Shown here: piece after piece, positions 30,401 through 39,747 of the stretch
Numbering within the stretch: position 1 is the stretch's first letter
Layout of the letters: each line of letters begins with the position of its first letter
Source of the DNA: a virus
Virus genome (UHGV): UHGV-0208829
DNA length: 62,541 bases
Reading direction: 5' to 3' (one strand)
Position numbers and translations under genes: made by a program
Notes under the pieces: generated by a model
Databases searched by the model: none
Told to the model about the DNA's origin: nothing
What the model saw: the letters and a program-made list of their open reading frames with translations, nothing else

Positions 30401-31010
30401 TAAACTGCGCTTCTACAAAGGCGGTAAAGTTCAAGCGCTTTTCCAGTACATTTCTGGGAAAGCAGGAACGGCGGTAAACAAAGCTGTGACTTTACCGAAG
30501 AAACTTCTGGGTTTCATTTCGCCTAAAGCGGCTTCGTTGTTCGAGAAAGCACGCGAGTGGTTAAATGAGGTTCCAGAGGGTGCAGAGAAAACCCGTTTAC
30601 AAAGCATGATTTCCCGCGTAACGGGAATGCCAGCTCGTCTGTGGAACAATGCAAAACGTGGGTTTGAGAAGCTCAAAGAGTTGGCTTCTGATAATCCGTT
30701 GACACGTTGGTGGCAGAACCGTAAGGAAGGGGGCTCTGGTGGTGGGTTTAGTGTGTTCTCGTGGTCGAATGGCCGTAAAACTAACCACATCCTAATCCGT
30801 ATCTACAAACTCCTTAACCGGAGATTGCCAGGTGAACCTGAAGATGACACCTGGACAGAACAGATGGAGCGGAATACAGGGGCCAGTTCAGTTAAAGGAT
30901 TATTCCAACGTGCTAAGGCCATACGCGATGGGTTCCGTGAACATTTTCAAGGTTTCCGGGTTTGCGTGGTCGGATGCGTGACAGAATGTCCCGTTACCGC
31001 AGTGCGGTAG
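27498..31010 (+). CDS. giant protein (1170 aa), probable virion-associated
   Basis: ATG start; acidic N-terminus, Gly/Arg-rich and polybasic RKRRRKRKR segments. Confidence 0.55.
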   Translation: MAKKGKDDFDEIDLDNMDDWDDFDEPPRQQDQSRNPVMDTFRAARKSALSTIWPENKRDQVILKGMPKPAAEAYEGYQNVKAAGQDILAHTKDEIEKTSRVVKMQARQLGPTLKRYLPESVTRKIDKWARNDQIDYGNYDPKQAMMDRELDSVFSGAPQTADQQRETQEGMVEDRLRDTIKDMKSDALFQTVIGIAKDVNLTTSLSRGVLLNVQRKQLELQYRTLFALQDIAKLKQDEFARNTPALEAIVKNTALPDYAKEEFSEIRWANVKRKAAEWMNPLHYADNFIGQIRENAKKKISNIFSDGRGILEQVLGMAQEDDFDMSDSSSLSPDRRNTNSRNKAAGFAGGWVAKRLLQPQIERLQNWTRGELEKNPEVMKRLQLAKYGFGNLSSISNSAIAGETSGPLADLFRLMHELGLVNPLRRETLALDDRSAESLSAAAKFDRKAYLSITEVIPTLLSEINKSIRRGYGEHHDQVYDLTTRGMVDRKVIGNRVRKAVANDDQRKRLQTYINDTVDFIDKDKTLDRKTRQALADYIESRASEGKAFDVGSLLKDPMHMYRYMNANAVEAIQGILETRSAELVGGHHELSNAISNKIAAIQSTIRARQDTVDAASVIYGENALRDSGIFKYDAKNDIFEVDKDINDPYTLFNDLSMGKTRSGRSLTREQEIQRKLQNGSALGDYLRRMGAGAEPSFEDKELSNVRGGGKGGRGRGLSARQLAAVLYGEKSTNFVELLSNRPDTNAGLEQQFDRLIDAVRKQSESSTVQDILKHVKNMDEEGILLASLGGSRDDGDEPESSSESGRKRRRKRKRIVLGETGLLRRWAGVLWDTGSGVGRFGKNLFLRGKDRLQALGGFIRGKFSGGSSEGPGVFSRLKGLVTGTLSTGWNSAVAFGKGVLGVRDIYDERGNVVLQGSRLEAGEYYQADPKTEKLIQLKTLDDIKLGRDIVDEAGNLILAAADLAAAGKLRFYKGGKVQALFQYISGKAGTAVNKAVTLPKKLLGFISPKAASLFEKAREWLNEVPEGAEKTRLQSMISRVTGMPARLWNNAKRGFEKLKELASDNPLTRWWQNRKEGGSGGGFSVFSWSNGRKTNHILIRIYKLLNRRLPGEPEDDTWTEQMERNTGASSVKGLFQRAKAIRDGFREHFQGFRVCVVGCVTECPVTAVR

Positions 31011-34000
31011 GTGGCCGTCTTTCTCGTTGGGGTGGTGCAGCACGTGATTGGTTTGACCGTTTCCGTGGCCGTGCAAGCGATATGGTCGATACCTTCCGTG
31101 ATCCGCGTTACGATATCGGAACACGTTATCGAATGGAGAGTCGTTTAGCAGGACGCGATGACGACGTTGCTGAGTTTTATCGTCAACACATCTACGCAAG
31201 AGGCAAGGTGTCTAAAACACGTATCATCGATGCGGCAAAAGAAGACTTAGATACCGTAACGGATAGCGCTGGACGTGTGATTAATAAAGGGAAACAGAAA
31301 GCCCGTAGCGTTGGGTCGGCTTTACTGGAACGCCTGAACAGAATGGTTAATCTTCAGGAAATGTCGTGGTTTAATACCATGCGCGATTCTGCGGAAAAAG
31401 CAGGTGCTTCGGATGGTTTGTTAAGAACCATGTTCAGTAAGTTCGGTCAACGTAACAAGCCACCTGCCAGTGATGAAAAACGCGATTACTTCCAGTTCTT
31501 CCGACGCCGTCGTCGTTCTAAGGAAGAGGAAAAGGCTAAGAAAGAGGCTGAGAAGAAAGGCGGTAAACGTGGGGTAATGGATTTCCTTAAAGGACTGCCG
31601 TTGGTAGGACCGATTGTGAGTATTTTAGGCACAGTGGGTTCAATCTTAGGTAAAGTCGCAAAATGGGGAATCTTTAAGCCGGTTGGGTTTGCAGGCAAAG
31701 CGTTGTGGAACGTTGGTAAATTTGCCGTAACCCGTTTGGCTGTTCCTGCGGTGAGTGCTGTCGCGACGGCAGCATCTGCAGTGGTAACTGCGGTTGGCTG
31801 GCCGATTATCGGTTTGGTTGCTGCAGGCGCTGCGTTGTCTTGGTTTGCGTATAAAACTGCAACCCGTGTGAATGCCCAGTATCTGGATAACATGCGATTG
31901 GCACAGTACGGATTTAGAGATCATGATGAGTGGTCTTCCGATGATGGTGCAAAAGCACGTTATTTAGAAGACAACTTGAAACCGTATATCTCTTATACAG
32001 AGAACGGTCAAGCACAGTTGCGTGGTTTGTCCGGTGACGACGTGAAGAAACTGGCCGAAGGGTTTGGTACTAACGTAGAAGACAAAGGCGAAATGCTGGC
32101 GTTTACTGCGTTTATGTTACAACGTTTTGTGCCGATCTATTTACGTTGGATTACAGCGTTACGTTCAATGGATAACGATATCGCGTTAGCTGATGTTGGT
32201 AATCCGTCGAAGGTATCAAAAGCAGACATGCTTACCATCTTTAACAAAATGAAGATGACAAAAGATGCGCCCGCTTTTAAATCGCTGACAGACCCCCGTA
32301 AAGTTAACCAAGGTTGGTTCTCTAAAGCGTGGGATTTCGTGACCTTCACACCGGCAGAATTTTTGTCAGGTGAAGAAGTTGTCGAAGCACAAGATCGTGT
32401 TTTCCGTTCGATCAACATGCGTCGTGATGATAAGCGTAAGGAAACAACTGGAGTCGGTGCTGTGCCTGAAGGACATAAGGTTGCTTCTGTGGCAGAATCT
32501 TCGCAGGTACTCGCGAAGAACGATACCGAGCGTAACGAAACTGTTGCTAAAGCTGAGGGTTGGGAAGACGGTACTGAACAGGTTCAAATTCAAGTTGACT
32601 GGAGAGTATTACCTGAGAAGAAAGATTTGGACGCGATGGAATCCGTCCGTTGGAAATCTTACGGTGTGAAATCTGTTAATGAGACAACACGTACCCTCTT
32701 TAGGTTGCTTGAGAAAGAAGTGTTGAAGGACACGGATATCAAAAATTGCATTTATAAGGGCGATTGGAAGAAAGCAATTTCTGCGATTGCGCCTGATGCA
32801 ATTGGCGGTCCAAAAGAGGAACGTTACAAGAACTGGTTCTATAATCGATTCTTACCTGTATTCATGACTTACGTTTATGGTGTAAAACGCTACGTACCTC
32901 ATGCCGATCCGTTGGATCTGAAACTCACAGGGGGGTTCCTCTATGAGCTGGCACTGATGATGCGTGGTGCTTACAACATGAAAGGGGGTATCCGACAGTC
33001 TGTGTGGGAAATCGCATTTAACCCGTTAGGGGGCGATGCGAATACCGATGCAGGTTCAGTGAGGGAAGAATTAGCAACGCTGAAAGAGTTGTCTAAAGAA
33101 CCCGATCTGGCTGTAAGGAATATGCTCAAAGAAACACCGAGCACGCCTAAGCGTATGACATGGAAATCGCCAGCGACAAACTCCAGTGTCCATCAGACGA
33201 ATGAAGATAGCAAAGAGCGTTATAAGGGAATTAACAGCTACGGCGAAGCTTCAAACGACGGCTACTTACCGAAGGGTGGCCAGTCCTACGGTACGCCAGG
33301 TGACCTATCACAAGTTGTTGGCGATATGGGTATAGGGAACTATGCGAAATACTCCACTGGACAATCGGGTATCACCCTCGGTGAGTTACAAGACGGTGAT
33401 TACAAGTCGTTAGTGACTAAATACCCAAGGGAAGTGCTCGGCAAACCGATGCAGTCAAATACTGAAGCCATCAAGTCATTGATTATTGACGCGGCAAACA
33501 TGGTGGGTATTCCGCCATCTGTTGCGATTGCAATGGCACAAGCAGAATCTGGCTTGCAGTATGGCAACTATCCTGGCGCATCCTCTGGCAGACCGAGAAG
33601 TAATAAGATGACTGCCGCTGGCCTGTTCCAATTCACCAACGGTACTTGGAACGGGGTTATGAAGCAATACGCCCGAAGATACGGTATCCCACAAACCGAT
33701 CAGTTCGACCCGTGGGCTAACGCAATCTTAGGTGTTAACTTCATTAGAGACAACATCAAGACCGCACAAAAGGATCTGGGTGGGATTGCCCCGCCACCGG
33801 CAGTAGCGTACCTATACCACTTCTTAGGTCCAGGTGGTGGTGCTGAGTTCCTTAAAGCCTGGAAAACCAATCCTAACGGCTCGCCCGACAAAGTGAAGTA
33901 CATTACACCTGCCGTTCTTAACGGTAACGAAGGTGTTTTCTACATCATGAACGGGAAGAAACGCGTTAGGATGCGTACGGTCGGCGAGGTTGTCGAGGAG

Positions 34001-34663
34001 CTGAACCGCCGTATGGGTGCGGTTGGAACTAACGAGATTGCAGCAAATCCTGCGTCTGCGAAAAACATGACAAAAGGGTTATCGCCAGTTCCATCGTCTC
34101 CTGCAATTGCTGCGGGCGCTGCTAACGATCCGTCTATTGCTGGACCGGCAGATAACCTGCCAGCCGCGAACGAGGCGAATCGTGACACCGCTTTAGCAGA
34201 CAAAGGTGCGATGGGTGCCGAAGATATTAAAGCTGCAACGGGTGGTGGTCCGGCTGTGCCGAGTCCTGGCGGCGACGTTACGCCGAGTGATGCGTCTGTC
34301 GTTGTAGAAACGGTGGGTAAAAATGCGCGTGCCGACGGCCTGGCCGAAGAGGAAGTTGCCAAAGTAAAAGAAGGTGCTAGACAGCAAATGGAGAAATCCG
34401 CACGTCCTGCACCAACGGTAACGTCTGATGCACAGACTGCGCCAACAGTGAACAGCGGCGATCCGATTAGCGTACAACAGCTGGCGGTTGCAAAAGAGTC
34501 TGCGGGCTATCTGAGAGAGATTGTTACAATTCTTCGTCAGCGGCCACAGGCTATGCAGCCATCCCCAGCGACCTCGGCAGCTTCTGCTCCGGGATCAGCA
34601 TCACGTAACATCGCGGTTGAACAACCTGCCCGCCAACTCGATGTTGGTCGTAAACGGGCGTAA
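30974..34663 (+). CDS. giant protein with lytic transglycosylase (SLT) domain and transmembrane segments
   Basis: First ATG at 30974 (track start 30962 is TTG); SLT motifs AMAQAESGLQ ... AAGLFQF ... AYLYHFLGPGG around 33430-33900; hydrophobic stretch; Ala/Pro-rich C-terminus. Confidence 0.6.
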   Translation: MRDRMSRYRSAVGGRLSRWGGAARDWFDRFRGRASDMVDTFRDPRYDIGTRYRMESRLAGRDDDVAEFYRQHIYARGKVSKTRIIDAAKEDLDTVTDSAGRVINKGKQKARSVGSALLERLNRMVNLQEMSWFNTMRDSAEKAGASDGLLRTMFSKFGQRNKPPASDEKRDYFQFFRRRRRSKEEEKAKKEAEKKGGKRGVMDFLKGLPLVGPIVSILGTVGSILGKVAKWGIFKPVGFAGKALWNVGKFAVTRLAVPAVSAVATAASAVVTAVGWPIIGLVAAGAALSWFAYKTATRVNAQYLDNMRLAQYGFRDHDEWSSDDGAKARYLEDNLKPYISYTENGQAQLRGLSGDDVKKLAEGFGTNVEDKGEMLAFTAFMLQRFVPIYLRWITALRSMDNDIALADVGNPSKVSKADMLTIFNKMKMTKDAPAFKSLTDPRKVNQGWFSKAWDFVTFTPAEFLSGEEVVEAQDRVFRSINMRRDDKRKETTGVGAVPEGHKVASVAESSQVLAKNDTERNETVAKAEGWEDGTEQVQIQVDWRVLPEKKDLDAMESVRWKSYGVKSVNETTRTLFRLLEKEVLKDTDIKNCIYKGDWKKAISAIAPDAIGGPKEERYKNWFYNRFLPVFMTYVYGVKRYVPHADPLDLKLTGGFLYELALMMRGAYNMKGGIRQSVWEIAFNPLGGDANTDAGSVREELATLKELSKEPDLAVRNMLKETPSTPKRMTWKSPATNSSVHQTNEDSKERYKGINSYGEASNDGYLPKGGQSYGTPGDLSQVVGDMGIGNYAKYSTGQSGITLGELQDGDYKSLVTKYPREVLGKPMQSNTEAIKSLIIDAANMVGIPPSVAIAMAQAESGLQYGNYPGASSGRPRSNKMTAAGLFQFTNGTWNGVMKQYARRYGIPQTDQFDPWANAILGVNFIRDNIKTAQKDLGGIAPPPAVAYLYHFLGPGGGAEFLKAWKTNPNGSPDKVKYITPAVLNGNEGVFYIMNGKKRVRMRTVGEVVEELNRRMGAVGTNEIAANPASAKNMTKGLSPVPSSPAIAAGAANDPSIAGPADNLPAANEANRDTALADKGAMGAEDIKAATGGGPAVPSPGGDVTPSDASVVVETVGKNARADGLAEEEVAKVKEGARQQMEKSARPAPTVTSDAQTAPTVNSGDPISVQQLAVAKESAGYLREIVTILRQRPQAMQPSPATSAASAPGSASRNIAVEQPARQLDVGRKRA

Positions 34664-34671
34664 CAGTAATC

Positions 34672-34700
34672 GGGGGTAGGTAACTACCCCCTACTTTTTT
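34672..34700 (+). terminator. intrinsic terminator
   Basis: Stem gggggtag/ctaccccc, loop gtaa, then T-run. Confidence 0.7.
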
Positions 34701-34711
34701 AGAGGTATAAA

Positions 34712-36883
34712 GTGGACGCTAGAACAGCTAACGACTCAAGCTGGGTCAAAAGCCTCTTTAACGGCGTGTTGGATGGCCGAGATGAACGTTTCCTGGCCTT
34801 GCGACGCTACTCCAACGGTATGTTATCGTTCGAGGACACCACGTTAGGTGGCAGTAAAGCGATTAACACACCACCCCAATTTACATGGTTTGCAGATCCG
34901 CCCTCGACTGGCGCATTTGCACAACCTGACAACCCGAGGGCCGAAACCAAAACATTCTCCAATAACCGAGAAACAGGTTCGTATAAACTCGGTACTTATT
35001 TCTACGAAAGCATTAATCAGAATTCGTTTTATGTTCACTGTCGGTTCGGTAAACCGAAATATCTGGGTATGGCCGCATTCTTTGCGAACATGTACGACTC
35101 CAACCTAGCGTACTTGGCCCGTACTGGTGACTATCCAGGTATGATGAGAACGATGGTTTCGTATTTAGGTGCAGCCGCAATATGGGCCACTGTAGGTACC
35201 GTTGCTTTTGCGGTTATTCTCATCACGCCACGAATTCTAAAAGCGGTGTTGAACAAACAAACATCGCGTTACTATTACGTCAAGCCAACGATGCATTTGT
35301 ATTTGCGTGCTGTGCAAAACATTCTAAATACGCAACTTATTTATCGTCGTTTGGTTCCCACAGGCGTGCTCGGTAATTTCAAACTACAAGAAAATACCGA
35401 CGATGGCACAAATTCATACAGCAATGATAAACAAGACTGGTATGCTTCGTTGCCTACTATCTGGAAAGATAACGGGGAGTTTGACGTTTATCGAATGATA
35501 AACCGCTATCAAACGTTAGCGAATTATCAGACCAAAGCCATAGAGCAAATGCGTGTTGAAAGCGGTGGAGATGAAGAAGCATTTGCAAGAAAACTACGTG
35601 CGTTTTATAACGAAGGGATGTACTCCAAACGCGTTATCAATGATGCGGGTAGTTTCGAAGTTTCGTTGCATGACTTAGAAATGGTCGCTCAAAAAGACAA
35701 CGCTTATAAAGCACCTTTTGAAGATATTAACGATCAGGAGTCTATGTTGGTTGAAGGGATCACTGGCACACTAACCGCTGGCGGTACCGCAGATGAAATT
35801 GATGCGAACACAAAGAAACTTCGAGAATCGATGGCAGCAAACATGGCTGCTGCGGAAAAAGCTGAAAGCGAAATCGGTGGTGAGGAAGTCCCTGATATAG
35901 CCAAGATACAAGAATGGGCAGATGCGGGTTCTAAAGAAAATGTAGGTACCTTCTTTAAAGATTTCGTCGAAATGGGTAAAAACTATATCGATGGTATTAA
36001 GGAAAATGCGCTTTCTGAAATCCGTAATGGTTCACAATGGGTATCGTGGCGTATCGATGCTAAAGACACGGTTTCTCGTTCGTTCTCTAACTCTACTAAA
36101 GAGCCAGAGATTTCTGGTACCGTTAACTCGTTAACCGCGAAAGCACGTTCGTTAGAAGTCAACTTATCCGGTGGTCAAACGGGTTTCAGCGCTGTAGATG
36201 CTTTAGTTTCCGGGATTAAGTCCGCGATGCGTGGCGTTGCCGACACCTTACATTTGACAGGGATCATGTCGTTGTACAATTCTTCGGTAATTGACTTTCC
36301 AGAAGTGTGGGACAGTTCGGATGCGTCGGGTGATGACATTACGTTAACGATACCGTTACGCTGTTGGTCTGGCAACGATTTGGATATCTTCCAAGACTTG
36401 CTCGTTCCACTGTCATTCTGGATCGCTGCGGTTTGTCCGCTGGCTACAGGTAAACAATCTTTTACTCACCCGTTCTATTTAGAGTGTTACTCACAAGGAC
36501 GCTTTTCTTTCCGTAATGCGATGGTGACGTCAATGTCATTGCAATTCGGTGTGGGTGGTTTAGGTTGGCGGCCAGGTGATTCCGTTCCGCTGTCTTGCGA
36601 TATCTCTGTTACTATTCGTGATTTGACTCGCGTTATGTACATGCCCATTGTTACCGACACAGGTGTGTGGGATGACGATAATAAATTCAGTGAATTTATG
36701 GCGTGTTTAGGCGGTGCTACGTTGTACGAGCGTACTAACGGTATTGCGCGTGCCAAGATTAATGCGAGCATCTGGGCACAAAACTGGGCATCCGCGTGGT
36801 CACAGGGTAGTTTTATTAACTCTGCACTGGATGTTATCCCAGCACGCCAGATCGCGAACATCTTCTTGCCGCAAGCACGTTAA
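34712..36883 (+). CDS. hypothetical protein (723 aa)
   Basis: GTG start with AGAGG 6 nt upstream. Confidence 0.55.
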   Translation: MDARTANDSSWVKSLFNGVLDGRDERFLALRRYSNGMLSFEDTTLGGSKAINTPPQFTWFADPPSTGAFAQPDNPRAETKTFSNNRETGSYKLGTYFYESINQNSFYVHCRFGKPKYLGMAAFFANMYDSNLAYLARTGDYPGMMRTMVSYLGAAAIWATVGTVAFAVILITPRILKAVLNKQTSRYYYVKPTMHLYLRAVQNILNTQLIYRRLVPTGVLGNFKLQENTDDGTNSYSNDKQDWYASLPTIWKDNGEFDVYRMINRYQTLANYQTKAIEQMRVESGGDEEAFARKLRAFYNEGMYSKRVINDAGSFEVSLHDLEMVAQKDNAYKAPFEDINDQESMLVEGITGTLTAGGTADEIDANTKKLRESMAANMAAAEKAESEIGGEEVPDIAKIQEWADAGSKENVGTFFKDFVEMGKNYIDGIKENALSEIRNGSQWVSWRIDAKDTVSRSFSNSTKEPEISGTVNSLTAKARSLEVNLSGGQTGFSAVDALVSGIKSAMRGVADTLHLTGIMSLYNSSVIDFPEVWDSSDASGDDITLTIPLRCWSGNDLDIFQDLLVPLSFWIAAVCPLATGKQSFTHPFYLECYSQGRFSFRNAMVTSMSLQFGVGGLGWRPGDSVPLSCDISVTIRDLTRVMYMPIVTDTGVWDDDNKFSEFMACLGGATLYERTNGIARAKINASIWAQNWASAWSQGSFINSALDVIPARQIANIFLPQAR

Positions 36884-36899
36884 TGTTTGAGAGGAAATA

Positions 36900-37463
36900 A
36901 TGGCTAATACGCTATTAGGTAAATCAGGAAAACAACTGGTTTATGAGTTATTAGTAAAAAAGAATCCTGGTTTGGTAGAGAAAGGTATTACAATCGATAA
37001 GTTGAATTTTGGTACACCGTCACATATTCCTGCGGTAGAAACACCAGAAACTCAATTTACACGATTAAATACCCAACTTAGCGTCCAGGGAATTATTGAA
37101 CAGAAAACGTTTGGTAAAATTGACGTTATTTATCGTCGTTTGGATTTAGAGCACCTCTTAGGTGACTTTGTAGTTTCTGTTGCGGGTGTTAATGCGGCTA
37201 CGGTATCTGAGGTACTACAGCTTTTCCGCAATAAGTACAATTTACAGATTACTGACGACGAAGTTGAGAACCCAACAGCTGCACCAGACAGCAAAGATAA
37301 AACCATCATTACCATGAATGGGACATCTTTGGCGTGGACAGGGCGGCTGGAGGTGTACTTAACAGAGCTACCGTCTGACGGTAAGGATATTTCGAAGTTG
37401 ATTAAAGTCACTGAACTTGACGGTTTGACGTATATCTCTTCTGGGATTGTTCCAGGCGCTTAA
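36900..37463 (+). CDS. hypothetical protein (187 aa)
   Basis: ATG with GAGAGGA upstream; terminator after stop. Confidence 0.55.
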   Translation: MANTLLGKSGKQLVYELLVKKNPGLVEKGITIDKLNFGTPSHIPAVETPETQFTRLNTQLSVQGIIEQKTFGKIDVIYRRLDLEHLLGDFVVSVAGVNAATVSEVLQLFRNKYNLQITDDEVENPTAAPDSKDKTIITMNGTSLAWTGRLEVYLTELPSDGKDISKLIKVTELDGLTYISSGIVPGA

Positions 37464-37520
37464 AAAAAGAAAAAAAATAAGAAAGTTAACCTACCTCCGA
37501 AAGGAGGTAGGTACTTTTAT
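37464..37520. terminator. bidirectional intrinsic terminator (copy 2 of duplicated element)
   Basis: A-tract, stem acctacctcc/ggaggtaggt, T-tract; near-identical to 13753-13807. Confidence 0.7.
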
Positions 37521-38354
37521 TTATTTCGCCAGGTCTGCTTCTTTTACAAAGATAGCGTCGGCGTTCAGATAACCTTTACGGTCTTTGATTTCGTGCCAGG
37601 CCAAAGAGAAACAATGACGAATGTCCAGTTTGTAATACAAGGCGATACGAGCAAGATGAGCTAAACCCAGGCTAACGAAATCGAAACCATGATCTTTACC
37701 TTCCATAAAGGTTGTGGCAAAACTTTCAATAGCGTGAAGGTATTGTTGATGTGGGTATCCAGCGTTGTTTAAATTTTCTTCAACTTCAGCTACATCTTCC
37801 ACGCCTAAGCGTAGACCAGACTCGATGCAGTCTTCTGCCACTGTAAGGTGACCAGAATACGCATCCCCTAATTCGATGATGTTTACCAGAACCACCAACG
37901 CATCACCAATACCATCCATGATCAACTCAGGTTTGTTTTTACTGATACCCGCCGCAATTTCACCTAACTCTTCAAAGAACTTCGTGATTTGGGTTTCCAG
38001 TTTACCGTTATCGAGAATACCACGTTCTTTAGACCAACCTTTAACGAGTTTTACACATTTTGCGATCGTGCAAACTAGAACAGATTCTGTATGCATTACC
38101 GTGCCGTTGTAAACAGCATCGGTAAGCTTTATAGGTGCTACAATTGTTTCGATGTCCAGTTCTTGATTACCGGTGTGGCGTTTACCTTCTACACGAATAC
38201 GGTTGGTGCCAGGGTTTACACCAATTGTGTAAATAGCATCGAACTGTACTGCATTCTCATTCAGAGCGCGCAGTTGTGCGTTAACTTCTTCCAGGTGCTG
38301 ACCAGGATTAACTACGATGTTGTAAATAGTGTTGATGTCAAAACGTTCGCCCAT
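37521..38354 (-). CDS. possible MazG-like all-alpha NTP pyrophosphohydrolase
   Basis: EELGEIAAG ... IMDGIGDALVVLVNIIELGD resembles MazG/dimeric dUTPase motifs; track start 38378 is TTG, ATG at 38354 has GGAG upstream. Confidence 0.4.
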   Translation of the reverse strand: MGERFDINTIYNIVVNPGQHLEEVNAQLRALNENAVQFDAIYTIGVNPGTNRIRVEGKRHTGNQELDIETIVAPIKLTDAVYNGTVMHTESVLVCTIAKCVKLVKGWSKERGILDNGKLETQITKFFEELGEIAAGISKNKPELIMDGIGDALVVLVNIIELGDAYSGHLTVAEDCIESGLRLGVEDVAEVEENLNNAGYPHQQYLHAIESFATTFMEGKDHGFDFVSLGLAHLARIALYYKLDIRHCFSLAWHEIKDRKGYLNADAIFVKEADLAK

Positions 38355-38393
38355 TTTAAACTCCATTAGATTAAACAAAAAGAATAAGGATTA

Positions 38394-38414
38394 GGGGTGC
38401 TACATAAGCACCCC
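38394..38414 (-). terminator. intrinsic terminator hairpin
   Basis: Stem ggggtgc/gcacccc, 7-nt loop, minus-strand U-tract. Confidence 0.5.
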
Positions 38415-38422
38415 AGGAACTG

Positions 38423-38785
38423 TTAAATTTTGCAAGCCCCGCCTGAACAGTTATCGTCTTCCGTAGTTGGGTCAGCACCCTTCTCTACGGTAGCTTCCGG
38501 GTCTAAGCCAGGGATTGCAAATTCATCAGTTTCTTTAACGGTTTCTACTTTAACTTCTTCAGACATTTTAGTTCCCAAATTTCTTACAAAGGGGTTAACA
38601 GTTTTGATTTTAAGGTTGGCAAATGGTGATAGTAGCATTGCCAACCGCGGTAGACTTGGCGGTGTCTCTTTATATTGTACAACGCGTACCTTCGACTTAC
38701 CAGGACCCTTACGTACACGGTTGTAGCCAATAAAATATACAGTACCTGTAAAGTATCTAAGGCTGTGAAATCGTGGTTTCTTCAT
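38423..38785 (-). CDS. small basic protein with acidic C-terminus (120 aa), paralog of 38782..38955
   Basis: ATG with AAGGAAG upstream; ATGA overlap with upstream ORF; shared motif R-x-RKGP-x-K. Confidence 0.45.
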   Translation of the reverse strand: MKKPRFHSLRYFTGTVYFIGYNRVRKGPGKSKVRVVQYKETPPSLPRLAMLLSPFANLKIKTVNPFVRNLGTKMSEEVKVETVKETDEFAIPGLDPEATVEKGADPTTEDDNCSGGACKI

Positions 38786-38955
38786 CGCACTTCCTTTTCG
38801 AACGGGTTAGTTTCAAGGAACTTGGAATAATCAAGTTGAATTACTTGGAAACGTTTACGTCCTTTGCGTGGCCCTTTCCGACAACGTGTGGCAATGGTAC
38901 GAAATTTTTTCGGCTCGAAATACGTTATCGTGAAATTAAGAACATCACCCAACAT
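38782..38955 (-). CDS. small basic protein (57 aa), not in ORF track
   Basis: ATG at 38955 with AAGGA 8 nt upstream; translation MLGDVLNFTITYFEPKKFRTIATRCRKGPRKGRKRFQVIQLDYSKFLETNPFEKEVR; stop overlaps next start. Confidence 0.4.
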   Translation of the reverse strand: MLGDVLNFTITYFEPKKFRTIATRCRKGPRKGRKRFQVIQLDYSKFLETNPFEKEVR

Positions 38956-38974
38956 AATTTTTCCTTATCACCAA

Positions 38975-39421
38975 CTAACCCATTAAATGTATTACAACGT
39001 CTTTAGTTACTGAGTTTGCCAGTAAGCGAAAGAACTTCATGTAACGGAAAATGCTAAAGAAAACCCCAGCGTTATCTACAATAACAAGACTGTATTTTTC
39101 TTTTTCTGTACCCATTTGGTAACCGATGATTTGGGTGATATTCTCCGGTAAGTCTTCGAGACCCAAACGGAATATCACATCGTCCTCTAAGAACCCTTTC
39201 GGATTAACGAATAATACCTTCCCTTTATGGTTCTTAGCTAACTCGACAGCAAAGTCTGTAAGTCCTGTCTGTCTGCCTGTACCGTAGCGGAGAGTACGGA
39301 ACTCAGATAAAGCTTTGGCTCCATAACGATCGGTAAACGGATTATCTTTAGAATCCAGATCAGTTAAACCTTTTGATAATTCTTCTACTACGATGTTATA
39401 GTTAACATGAGTTTTAGACAT
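38975..39421 (-). CDS. hypothetical protein (148 aa)
   Basis: ATG start; downstream of thyA. Confidence 0.5.
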   Translation of the reverse strand: MSKTHVNYNIVVEELSKGLTDLDSKDNPFTDRYGAKALSEFRTLRYGTGRQTGLTDFAVELAKNHKGKVLFVNPKGFLEDDVIFRLGLEDLPENITQIIGYQMGTEKEKYSLVIVDNAGVFFSIFRYMKFFRLLANSVTKDVVIHLMG

Positions 39422-39450
39422 TTCATCATTCCTTTTAGTTAAGTGGTAGT

Positions 39451-39747
39451 TTATACCGCGACAGGCGCAGCAATATGTGGTTGTGCTTGATATCCAACCA
39501 ATTCGAAGTCTTCGTATTTATAATCGAAGATAGAATCAGGTTTACGTTTGATAACCAGTTTAGGTAACGGATAAGGTTCACGGGTAAGCTGAAGTTTTGC
39601 TTGCTCCAGATGGTTAGAGTACAAATGGACGTCTACGCCACTGTAAACCAACTCGTCTGGAACCATGTTCAGTTGTTGAGCAACGATGTGTGTTAACAAC
39701 GCGTAAGAGGCGATGTTAAATGGCAAACCTAAGAATACGTCATTACT
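39451..39747 (-). CDS. thyA: thymidylate synthase, exon 2
   Basis: [18 protein letters not shown]...HLYSNH...PHIAAPVAV matches the ThyA C-terminal half; in frame with exon 1 after intron removal. Confidence 0.85.
   Translation of the reverse strand, partial: SNDVFLGLPFNIASYALLTHIVAQQLNMVPDELVYSGVDVHLYSNHLEQAKLQLTREPYPLPKLVIKRKPDSIFDYKYEDFELVGYQAQPHIAAPVAV

Noticed and set aside
30958-30964. Possible -1 programmed frameshift site (GGGTTTG) joining the two giant ORFs
   Set aside because: The heptamer is not in the correct phase for an X XXY YYZ slippery site in the upstream frame and no downstream pseudoknot was evident; simple overlap or coupling is more parsimonious.
33940-34362. 140-aa minus ORF inside the Ala/Pro-rich tail of the SLT-containing protein
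   Set aside because: Reverse frame of a low-complexity coding region; no independent signals.
38430-39006. Plus-strand ORFs 38430..38726 and 38773..39006
   Set aside because: Low-complexity translations, no SD; the minus-strand basic-protein genes here have SD sequences and ATGA coupling.
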